In this document: positions 48,822 through 57,434 of the stretch, piece by piece
Layout: the number at the start of each line of letters is the position of its first letter
Numbering within the stretch: position 1 is the stretch's first letter
From: an uncultured Clostridium sp.
Lineage (GTDB): Bacteria; Bacillota_I; Bacilli_A; RF39; UBA660
Direction of reading: 5' to 3'
Length of the DNA: 64,000 nucleotides
Assembly: GCA_902492325.1 (NCBI GenBank)
Contig: CABULC010000004.1
Coordinates: 24,833 to 88,832 of the forward strand
Notes under the pieces: generated by a model
The model's input: the letters and a program-made list of their open reading frames with translations, nothing else
Told to the model about the DNA's origin: nothing
Database searches by the model: none
Program-made: the position numbers and the translations under genes

Positions 48822-49388
48822 CTATTGTGCATTTTCAACAACAAGTTTACCAGCGAATGTTTTGCCTTGAGCAGCATTTTGATCAGAACCTGATTCCTTA
48901 AATTGAATTGAATAAGTATATGTATGAGTTTCAGTACCATTTAAAGTACCATTTCCTAATACATTTTTTCCAACTCCAGGAACAACTTGCTCAGTGATAG
49001 CTTTAGCAACAGTACCACTATTGTTAGCTTTACCACTTAATGAATGAACAAAATAACCATTTGCAGCGTCACTTAATGTATTTGCAGTAACATCTAAATA
49101 AATAACATAATTAATTTTTTCTGTTGCACCAGATGTTGTATTTACAATAGTAAATGTTTTAGTAGTTTGTGGACTTTCTTCTGGTCTAATATTTGTCATA
49201 TTAATTTCATCACCATCAGTAAATACTACACTACCTAATGTTGCAGTAGTTACGATAATACTAGAAGCTTTATCATTTCCTTGGATAGTAATACTAAACC
49301 ATGCAAATGTTGCTCCAATAATTGCTACTAATAATGTTGCGATACCTATAACAGATAAAAATATTGTTTGTCCTTTATTGTTATCCAT
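48822..49388 (-). CDS. Small SipW-dependent fibre-subunit-like protein (family 2, candidate major subunit)
   Basis: Signal ends GATFAWFSIT. Strong RBS aaagggaggatgaatcATG and its own promoter and terminator. C-terminus ...QGKTFAGKLVVENAQ. Confidence 0.55.
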   Translation of the reverse strand: MDNNKGQTIFLSVIGIATLLVAIIGATFAWFSITIQGNDKASSIIVTTATLGSVVFTDGDEINMTNIRPEESPQTTKTFTIVNTTSGATEKINYVIYLDVTANTLSDAANGYFVHSLSGKANNSGTVAKAITEQVVPGVGKNVLGNGTLNGTETHTYTYSIQFKESGSDQNAAQGKTFAGKLVVENAQ

Positions 49389-49413
49389 GATTCATCCTCC
49401 CTTTGCTATAATA

Positions 49414-49442
49414 ATATTAGCATTTTTAAAAAAAACTTTCAA
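49414..49442 (-). promoter_or_regulatory. Sigma-A-type promoter of the candidate major subunit gene
   Basis: Minus strand TTGAAA, 17 nt, TAATAT, about 25 nt upstream of the GGGAGG RBS. Confidence 0.45.
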
Positions 49443-49497
49443 TAGATTTTTTAAAAGTTTCATCATTGTGATATAATTTTTTTACAAGGGTGATAAC

Positions 49498-52050
49498 ATG
49501 AAAATAAAAATTAAGAAATATATTCCAGAAATAATTTCAATAATTATACCAATAATTATTTTATCTATAGCATGCTTTTTTACAAACACACAACCCTTTG
49601 GCGATTACCTATTACCAAAATATGATGGATTATCACAATATGCAAGTTTTACAATGAATTTCAAGAATGCACTTCTTGGAAAAAATAGTTTGTTCTACTC
49701 TTTTGGAGGATCACTCGGATATAATTTCTATGCAACAAGCATTTATTATATGTTTAATCCAACAAACTTACTTTGTTTATTCGCGACAGAAAAAACAATA
49801 ACAGAATATTATACATTTTTAATATTTTTAAGAATTAGTCTTTCAGCATTCACAATGTGTAAATACTTAAAATATAAATTCAAAAACCAAAGTAATATAT
49901 TTTATATTTCATTAAGTATATGTTATGCATTAATGGGATACAATGTTTGTTATTTCTTTAACTATATGTATTTTGACAATGTAATGTTATTCCCTATTCT
50001 AATGATTGGACTAGACAAATTAATAAATGAAAGAAAAAAAGTTCTCTATATAATAATGTTAACAATCTCAATATTATCTAACTTCTATATTGGATATATG
50101 GAATGTATATTTTGTTTACTTTATTTTATTTATAATTATATTAACTTAAAGAAAAAAGATAATAAAATTATTAAAGATTTTATTATCTCGAGTTTATTAT
50201 CTGGATTTATGTGTATGATAACATTAATACCCGAAATATTAGAATTAATGCAAGGTAAATTAGAACACTTTAGTAGTGAATTTCAAACAAACTATTTTGC
50301 TTTCAACAGTAATTACTTAAATTTCTTCTATAAACTCACTCCAGGAAGTATGATAGAATGTGACATTAAATATGGATATGTTAATATATATGTTTCACTA
50401 CTAGTCGCAGTGTTAGTAATTAAATACTTTTTTCTTAAAAATGTGTCAAAAAAAGAAAAAATAACAACGTTAGTATTTATATTATTCTTCATACTAAGCA
50501 TAAGTTTTAATTTATTAGATTACGCATGGCAAATGTTTCAAAGACCAATATGGTATCCTAATAGATATATATTTACATTCTCATTCTTTTTAATAACAAT
50601 AGCAGCAAAAACATATGCTAATAAAGACAAAATAAATCAACCAATTAAATGGAAAATTATTACAAGTATTATTTATATCATATTAATAACACTAGCAGTA
50701 ATTATTAATGAAAGATTCACATATATGTACGGAGCAATCAAAATCGCAGCATTCATCTTCAGTATAATGTTATTGCTAGAATATATATTCTTATTCGAAA
50801 ATAAGAAAGCAATATTATTAATAACATCAATGCTAATTATAGAACTAACGTTTAACACAATAGTTACATTTAAAGAACAAGAAACAATTTATCCATACAA
50901 TAACTTTCAAAATTCAACACAAGAAAAATTAGATATAACTAATTATATCAAAGAAACTGATAATAAAACAAATAACTTTTATAGAGTAAATCTAGAAAAA
51001 ACAAATATACACACAGAAGGTTCATTCTATCAATATAATGGAATTAACTCATTTAGTTCAATAAAAAACTCAAAATTGCTTCATTTCTTCAAAGATCAAA
51101 TGCTTTATGACGTTATTGACAATACACGATTAATATTTAACTATTATAATCCATATATTACATCATTAATCGGAGTCAAATACATAGATGGAAATGAAAT
51201 AGAATATTACTATGAAAAAGTATATGATAAATATGCATCAACAACAATATATAAAAATAATGATGCATTATCTTTAGGTTTCATGATAAATAAAGATATT
51301 ATAAATTATAAATATATAGAAAATAATTCATATGAAAATACAAAAAACTTAACAAACAAAATGATTAATAAAAATAATAAAGTATATGAATCACTAAACA
51401 AAAACATAAAATTACACAACTCCGAAATAAAAACGATAGATAATACAAAATATGTAATAATAAATAATAAAGATGATAATTACATATCTATAGAAGGAAC
51501 AATAACTAAAGATGGTTTTGTAACATTAAACGAGAGTATTGATTTCTATGTTCTAACAGAAGTTTATATAAACAATAAAAGATTAGAAGGTTATGGAAGA
51601 AACAAAACACCACTAACACTTAAAAAAGGTGATAAATATAAAATAATATTTAGAAGCAATAAAGATAAATATGAATATAAATATATAGAATGGTTCTTAA
51701 TATATATAGAAGATTATAAAGAATTTATAAATGAATTAAAAAAGAATGAATTACAAATAACAGAATATAAAAAAGATGATTATATAAAAGGAATAATAAA
51801 TGTTACAAATGATAAAACCACTCTATTTACATCTATACCATATAATAAAGGATGGAAAGTATTAATAGATGGTAAAGAAAGAAATTATGAAGATTGCGCT
51901 AATGCATTTATATGTGTAAATAATCTAAATGAAGGAAAACATACAATTGAATTTAAATTTATACCGCAAGGATTTATTCCAGGAAGCTTAATATCACTAG
52001 TAACTTTAATTCTAACAATTATTTACATAAAAAAAGAGCGTACCAAATAG
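49498..52050 (+). CDS. yfhO: YfhO-family polytopic membrane protein (glycosyltransferase-like)
   Basis: 850 aa with an N-terminal multi-TM region plus a large extracytoplasmic C-terminal domain, typical of the YfhO family. An extended -10 TGtgaTATAAT lies upstream. Confidence 0.7.
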   Translation: MKIKIKKYIPEIISIIIPIIILSIACFFTNTQPFGDYLLPKYDGLSQYASFTMNFKNALLGKNSLFYSFGGSLGYNFYATSIYYMFNPTNLLCLFATEKTITEYYTFLIFLRISLSAFTMCKYLKYKFKNQSNIFYISLSICYALMGYNVCYFFNYMYFDNVMLFPILMIGLDKLINERKKVLYIIMLTISILSNFYIGYMECIFCLLYFIYNYINLKKKDNKIIKDFIISSLLSGFMCMITLIPEILELMQGKLEHFSSEFQTNYFAFNSNYLNFFYKLTPGSMIECDIKYGYVNIYVSLLVAVLVIKYFFLKNVSKKEKITTLVFILFFILSISFNLLDYAWQMFQRPIWYPNRYIFTFSFFLITIAAKTYANKDKINQPIKWKIITSIIYIILITLAVIINERFTYMYGAIKIAAFIFSIMLLLEYIFLFENKKAILLITSMLIIELTFNTIVTFKEQETIYPYNNFQNSTQEKLDITNYIKETDNKTNNFYRVNLEKTNIHTEGSFYQYNGINSFSSIKNSKLLHFFKDQMLYDVIDNTRLIFNYYNPYITSLIGVKYIDGNEIEYYYEKVYDKYASTTIYKNNDALSLGFMINKDIINYKYIENNSYENTKNLTNKMINKNNKVYESLNKNIKLHNSEIKTIDNTKYVIINNKDDNYISIEGTITKDGFVTLNESIDFYVLTEVYINNKRLEGYGRNKTPLTLKKGDKYKIIFRSNKDKYEYKYIEWFLIYIEDYKEFINELKKNELQITEYKKDDYIKGIINVTNDKTTLFTSIPYNKGWKVLIDGKERNYEDCANAFICVNNLNEGKHTIEFKFIPQGFIPGSLISLVTLILTIIYIKKERTK

Positions 52051-52066
52051 TACGTTCTTTTATTGC
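52030..52066. terminator. Bidirectional terminator between convergent yfhO and the repeat-protein gene
   Basis: agagcgtac-caaata-gtacgttct followed by TTTT. Confidence 0.45.
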
Positions 52067-53634
52067 TTAACTATAATTTTTATTTTCGCATCGAATATTT
52101 TACCTTTATCAACATCTTGATTTATACTAGTATTTTTAAATTCAAAACTAAATTTAAAAGTATAAGTTGTTTTAGCTGGTATTGTAACATTAGAAACAAT
52201 ATTTGAATCTTTATAAGGTGCTCTAGCATTTTTTACAAGAACTGTATTATTTCTACTAATTGTATAATATAAATTATTAACTGAAGTAAAAGTATTCTTA
52301 ACATTCAACCATTTCATGTTAATAACTTGTGGAGAATTTGTATTGTTTGATAGTTTAAAACTTTTAGAACCAGTCCAACCAGGAACAATATTATTTCTAT
52401 TATATGTTGCAGAATCAGTAAGAGTTAATACATATTCTTCGCCTTCAACAATATCTATTGTTGGATCATTACATTTCTCATCACACTTGCCGTCTCCATT
52501 TGTATCACAGTACAAATCACATTTTCCATCCCCATCAGTGTCACAGTTTAAATCGCATTTTCCATCTTTATTATTATCACAATTTAAGTCACACTTGCCG
52601 TCATTATTAGTATCACAATTTAAATCACATTTGCCATCTTTATTTGTATCGCAATTTAAATCGCACTTTCCATCGTTATTTGTATCACAGTTTAAATCAC
52701 ATTTACCATCTTTATCAGTGTCACAATTTAAGTCACACTTGCCGTCATTATTAGTATCACAGTTTAAATCACATTTGCCATCTTTATCGGTGTCACAATT
52801 TAAATCACATTTACCATCTTTATCGGTGTCACAATTTAAGTCGCACTTTCCATCTTTATTGGTATCACAGTTAAGTTCACATTTACCGTCACCATCTATA
52901 TCACAATCTAAATCACACTTTCCATCGTTATTAGTATCACAACTATGATTACATTTACCATCATTATCAGTATCACAATTCAAATCGCAATAACCATCTT
53001 TATTATTATCGCAATTTAAGTCGCATTTACCATCTCCATCAGTATCACAGTTTAAATCACAAATTCCGTCTTTATTAGTATCGCAATTCAAATCACACTT
53101 TCCATCATTGTCAGTGTCACAATTAGTGTTACAAACATCATCTTTATCAGTATCACAATTTAAATCACATTTTCCATCATCATCTAAATCAAGGTTTGAA
53201 TCTGGCCACCCATCACCATCCGTATCACAGTTTAAATCGCACTTTCCATCTCCATCTTTATCTTGATTTATTAAATTTGAATCGGGTTTACCATCACCAT
53301 CTTTATCGATATTAAATGTAGGCTTATTATTCTTTTTAAAATCAATATTAGTATTTGGTTTCTTTTTATCATTACTACAATTAACAAGACACTTACCAGT
53401 ACCATTATCAATATTAATATCAGCAATACCATCACCATCTATATCAATATTCAAGTCTCCATTACCCTTGTGTTTAATATAAAGTCCAGTACCTCCAAGA
53501 ATAAGTATTATGAAAAATAAAAGTAACAATAATAATAGTAATAATCTTCTTTTACGTTTCTTCTCATCCTCTTCTTGTTGATTTTGATTATCATTGTATT
53601 CATAATTGTCATTTAAAGTCACATTATCTTCCAT
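52060..53634 (-). CDS. Membrane-anchored surface protein. It has about 20 tandem 10-aa Asp/Cys calcium-binding-like repeats and a C-terminal domain resembling the family-2 fibre subunits.
   Basis: N-terminal TM LLLLLLLLLFFIILILGG. Repeats DLNCDT(D/N)(K/N)DGKC. C-terminus ...DKGKIFDAKIKIIVKQ parallels the ends of the 186-aa and 188-aa proteins. Confidence 0.6.
   Translation of the reverse strand: MEDNVTLNDNYEYNDNQNQQEEDEKKRKRRLLLLLLLLLFFIILILGGTGLYIKHKGNGDLNIDIDGDGIADINIDNGTGKCLVNCSNDKKKPNTNIDFKKNNKPTFNIDKDGDGKPDSNLINQDKDGDGKCDLNCDTDGDGWPDSNLDLDDDGKCDLNCDTDKDDVCNTNCDTDNDGKCDLNCDTNKDGICDLNCDTDGDGKCDLNCDNNKDGYCDLNCDTDNDGKCNHSCDTNNDGKCDLDCDIDGDGKCELNCDTNKDGKCDLNCDTDKDGKCDLNCDTDKDGKCDLNCDTNNDGKCDLNCDTDKDGKCDLNCDTNNDGKCDLNCDTNKDGKCDLNCDTNNDGKCDLNCDNNKDGKCDLNCDTDGDGKCDLYCDTNGDGKCDEKCNDPTIDIVEGEEYVLTLTDSATYNRNNIVPGWTGSKSFKLSNNTNSPQVINMKWLNVKNTFTSVNNLYYTISRNNTVLVKNARAPYKDSNIVSNVTIPAKTTYTFKFSFEFKNTSINQDVDKGKIFDAKIKIIVKQ
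52490..53230 (-). repeat. Tandem 30-bp-period coding repeats (imperfect, ~20 or more units)
   Basis: Recurring tcacatttgccatctttatcggtgtcacaatttaaa-like units are visible on the plus strand. They generate the plus-strand shadow ORF 52316..52948. Confidence 0.7.
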
Positions 53635-53683
53635 AATCTATCTCCTATTATCAAAATAATTTTAACACAAAGAATTAAATACT

Positions 53684-54883
53684 TCAATATTTAGAAATAG
53701 TGAAAACAGGTTTAACATCTAATTTAGTAGTATAATTTTCTTTTACATAAACATCATAATTAAATTGAACTGAAGAACCATAATTTTCTATACCGCTACT
53801 TATTAACCAATAATTTCCAATTAACAACTTTTTATTTTTCATTTTATCAAATATATTAGCATATTCACTATAAGATAATATTCTAATCTTACTTTTACTA
53901 TAATTATTACATGACCAATTATTAGAATTTATTTCATCTTTAGTAAATCCTCCACATCCTTCATCATTTAAACAACCACTAGTGATAAAGTCATCACATA
54001 TTGGTGTATCTTTTAATTTATTTTGAATTTTTTCATTTAAAGTTTTAATATAAACATTATTAAGATAATAATTTATATATGAATTGCTCCATTTATAATT
54101 AACTGTTTTATCATTTGTATAATAACAATAATTACTTTCAACATCTAAACAATGATATAACTTTTCATCAAGTGAATTTTGTTTCATAAGAGTTATATCA
54201 TCTTTATTATCATTAAGAACAATATAATTAATATCATCAATTGATATTATAGAACCATCACAATAATATTTATTTTCGTCATACTCCGCTTTATTTCCTA
54301 AAAAGCATTCTACTGTATAAGAATATGATTTACTTAAATTTCCATCTTTATCTTTAAACCAAATATAATGCTTTCCTTCATCAAATGATTTAATAATAAT
54401 ATTATCAGTATAATTTGGTTTAATCCATTCACCTTTTAAATTATCAGAATCAGATATTAAATATTCTAAATTCTTTTGATTTACACTAAATGAAATAATA
54501 TTGTTGTTCTTATTAATTTGCGCATTTATCAAAATAAAATCAGGGCATTCTTTTTTATCAATTTTTATTTCATCAAGTTGAGTCTTACTAATACAATAAT
54601 CACCTGATTGTATTATAAAACTAACATTTTTATAATCATCAACTTTAATATTACCATTGCCCTCAAAATAATAATCAGTATTTAATATTTTAGTTTCAGT
54701 ATATATCGCACCACTCTTATACTTATATTCACCACTATCTAAAGTATATAAATACTCAAGTAAATTTCTTGATTTATTAAGCAAATGAATATTATTAAAT
54801 CTAAATATAAAAAATAATAGAATCAGTAGCATAACCACTACGAATAAAATAATTGTAATAATATATTTTTTTGCGTTTTTCAT
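53684..54883 (-). CDS. N-terminally anchored extracellular protein of unknown function
   Basis: TM YIITIILFVVVMLLILLFFIF followed by a Cys-containing extracellular region. Confidence 0.45.
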   Translation of the reverse strand: MKNAKKYIITIILFVVVMLLILLFFIFRFNNIHLLNKSRNLLEYLYTLDSGEYKYKSGAIYTETKILNTDYYFEGNGNIKVDDYKNVSFIIQSGDYCISKTQLDEIKIDKKECPDFILINAQINKNNNIISFSVNQKNLEYLISDSDNLKGEWIKPNYTDNIIIKSFDEGKHYIWFKDKDGNLSKSYSYTVECFLGNKAEYDENKYYCDGSIISIDDINYIVLNDNKDDITLMKQNSLDEKLYHCLDVESNYCYYTNDKTVNYKWSNSYINYYLNNVYIKTLNEKIQNKLKDTPICDDFITSGCLNDEGCGGFTKDEINSNNWSCNNYSKSKIRILSYSEYANIFDKMKNKKLLIGNYWLISSGIENYGSSVQFNYDVYVKENYTTKLDVKPVFTISKY

Positions 54884-54931
54884 AATAATTATTATAAATT
54901 AAATAAAAAGAAAAGGAAATACTTTTATTTC

Positions 54932-56302
54932 CTAATCACACCATAAACATTTAGTAACACCAATTTTATCCAATGTATTTTTATTACCCTCAATTGTTAT
55001 TTCTAATTTTCTTTCAACATCATAATTATAAAATCTACCATGTTTTACATCATCTAATATTCTATTTAATAATTTATTTGTTGAGTTTCTATAATATATA
55101 GTTGCAGCTGTAGAACCAAGACTATAGTTATGTTCATAATAGTATGGACTTGAATATTCAGGACCATATACTTTAACAATTATAGTTCCATCTTCCATAT
55201 CTTTCACTTCATTTTTATTTACAATCTTACAATAATCACATTCTATTTTATTAATTACATTTGTATCAAAAGTATATTCTTTTCTTAAAATATATTCTGG
55301 TTCTATATCATTAAAATCAAGACCAGCTACTTCCACAGCAAATAAACCAATTCCAGAGCCAAATAATACAACTGCAGCAATAAATGTAATTAATAATCTT
55401 AATTTATTCTGTTTATAATTAAATATAAATCTATATAAAATTTCACAAAACCAAATTGCTCCTAATAAAAGTCCAAAAGAACCAATAATAGCACCTAAGA
55501 ATAAATAATATTTAAGTGAGAATTCTACTGCAACTGCAAATAATACTGAAACAGTAACCAATGCACAAGCAGCCATAATTAATATCAAGAAAGCATTAAA
55601 CTTAAATATCCAGACAAATACATTACCAATAAAATCCATAAAAGAGTTATCATGCTTATGTAAATCTTTCTTTTCACTCTTTTCTATTTTTTCTTCTTTA
55701 ATCTTTTTACTATTAACATTTTTCTTTTTAGTAACATCTTTTTTATCATTAAGTTCAAAACTATTTAATATTTTTTCACTCATAAGTTTGATAAAGACAA
55801 CGTATGCAATTATTATATAAATGATATTTATAACTACTGCTACGATACCACTAATTACATTATAAATTCTATATGGTAATGGTGAAATAATACTTTCAAA
55901 TCCATCTTGTATAAAATAAAATGGTATTTTAACAAAAGCACATATAATTAAAGCAATTAAAATATAAATTAGTAACTGCAAAATATCTTTAAAAGTACCC
56001 GATGAAACAATTTTAATAGTTTTATTAAACACACTCTTTGTAGTATCTATTAAGTCATTAACTATATTACTATTACCCTTATTATAATTTTTATTTATTT
56101 TATATGCATCTAAAATATTAGTAACTAATTCATTAAAATCACCAAATTCTAAAATAGCATCTTCTTCAGAAACACCAGATTTTACTTTTTCATCTATATG
56201 TTCACTATATTCATTTATTATATCTTCTACTTCATCACTTTTTAATATTTCCAATTTTCCTCTTAACTTGTCTAAAAAATCTTTTTTAGTCATTACTTTC
56301 AC
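54932..56302 (-). CDS. DUF1700 (HAAS)-type membrane sensor partner of PadR
   Basis: N-terminal MTKKDFLDKLRGKL...DIINEYSEHIDE is the DUF1700 signature. It has polytopic TM helices and overlaps the upstream padR by 17 nt. Confidence 0.6.
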   Translation of the reverse strand: MKVMTKKDFLDKLRGKLEILKSDEVEDIINEYSEHIDEKVKSGVSEEDAILEFGDFNELVTNILDAYKINKNYNKGNSNIVNDLIDTTKSVFNKTIKIVSSGTFKDILQLLIYILIALIICAFVKIPFYFIQDGFESIISPLPYRIYNVISGIVAVVINIIYIIIAYVVFIKLMSEKILNSFELNDKKDVTKKKNVNSKKIKEEKIEKSEKKDLHKHDNSFMDFIGNVFVWIFKFNAFLILIMAACALVTVSVLFAVAVEFSLKYYLFLGAIIGSFGLLLGAIWFCEILYRFIFNYKQNKLRLLITFIAAVVLFGSGIGLFAVEVAGLDFNDIEPEYILRKEYTFDTNVINKIECDYCKIVNKNEVKDMEDGTIIVKVYGPEYSSPYYYEHNYSLGSTAATIYYRNSTNKLLNRILDDVKHGRFYNYDVERKLEITIEGNKNTLDKIGVTKCLWCD

Positions 56303-56609
56303 TCTCCTTTATAAAAGAATTAACACTACTCTCAAATTTTTTCCATTCATCAAGTAAACTATCTTTTCTTTTAATGCCAAGTACTGTCAATTTATAATAT
56401 TTTCTACTTGGACCTCCTGTTGACTCTTTAAGATATGTTTCAAAGTATCCTTCATTAGTTAATCTCTTAAGTATTGGATATATAGTGCCTTCATTAACAT
56501 TAACAACTTTACTAATCTCTTCAACTAGTTCATAACCATATCTATCTTTTTTTGATGCAAATAAAAGAACCAACAATTCTAAAACACCTTTTTTAAATTG
56601 TGTATCCAT
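56286..56609 (-). CDS. PadR-family transcriptional regulator
   Basis: GVLELLVLLFASKKDRYGYELVEEISK...GTIYPILKRLTNEGY. Confidence 0.8.
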   Translation of the reverse strand: MDTQFKKGVLELLVLLFASKKDRYGYELVEEISKVVNVNEGTIYPILKRLTNEGYFETYLKESTGGPSRKYYKLTVLGIKRKDSLLDEWKKFESSVNSFIKESESND

Positions 56610-56665
56610 TTAGTCACCTCACGATAATAATATCATTGCTACTATGTATTGTCAAGTAGTGTTTA

Positions 56666-57337
56666 TTACATAAGAGTAAAATATTTAATTAAAAATATAA
56701 TTAATAAATGTATTGGATAAAAGAAATAAAAGAAATATTTATTAATTTTAATATTAGTTTTAGTATTTATTAATATAAAGGGAAGAGCAAAAACCGCACA
56801 AGTATCTATACATGAAGGTATGTTATTAATATAAATATAATTACTAATCGCATAATTAAAATAAAAAGTAATATATGCTAAAAACATTATAAATTTATTG
56901 CTTCTAAAATAATAGAATAATGGTACTAAAAATAAATATGTAACTGCATAATCAACTTTAAATAAGAATGATAATATTACAAAGAATGGCAAATAAAACC
57001 ATTTCTTATTATCAAGAGTATAATAAAGAAGAACTTCAAGTAATATTGTAAACATAATATTAGGATTATAAGTATTAAACAAAATAGTATAAAATGGTTG
57101 ACTAATTATTCCTAAAATAAATAATCTCAAAATATATTTTTTTAAATCTTTAGTTTTAAAATATCCTATCATCGCACAATATGTAAATATAGGAAAAGCA
57201 ATTCTACCAATAGAACGCATTATTAAATCATTAGAAAAAAGTGCATAACCAATATGATCTATTACCATAGAAATAATTGCTATAAATTTCAAAAAATTAG
57301 TATCCATATTAGTAACTATTTCACTATTCTTTTTCAT
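56666..57337 (-). CDS. TraX-family membrane protein
   Basis: LKFIAIISMVIDHIGYALF signature; multi-TM. Confidence 0.6.
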   Translation of the reverse strand: MKKNSEIVTNMDTNFLKFIAIISMVIDHIGYALFSNDLIMRSIGRIAFPIFTYCAMIGYFKTKDLKKYILRLFILGIISQPFYTILFNTYNPNIMFTILLEVLLYYTLDNKKWFYLPFFVILSFLFKVDYAVTYLFLVPLFYYFRSNKFIMFLAYITFYFNYAISNYIYINNIPSCIDTCAVFALPFILINTKTNIKINKYFFYFFYPIHLLIIFLIKYFTLM

Positions 57338-57394
57338 ATATATTCACCATCTAAATTTTAACATAATGATCATTATATGTAAATTAACGAATAT

Positions 57395-57434
57395 TTTACA
57401 CATAAAAAATAGATTGTATGTAAACAATCTATTT
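57395..57434 (-). terminator. metG terminator overlapping the stop codon
   Basis: aatagattgt-atgtaa-acaatctatt followed by UUUUUUAUGUGU on the minus transcript. Confidence 0.55.

Noticed and set aside
52316-52948. 210-aa plus-strand ORF (SQFKSHLPSL repeats)
   Set aside because: Shadow reading frame of the minus-strand tandem-repeat gene. Its periodicity simply mirrors the 30-bp coding repeats, and it has no RBS or start context.
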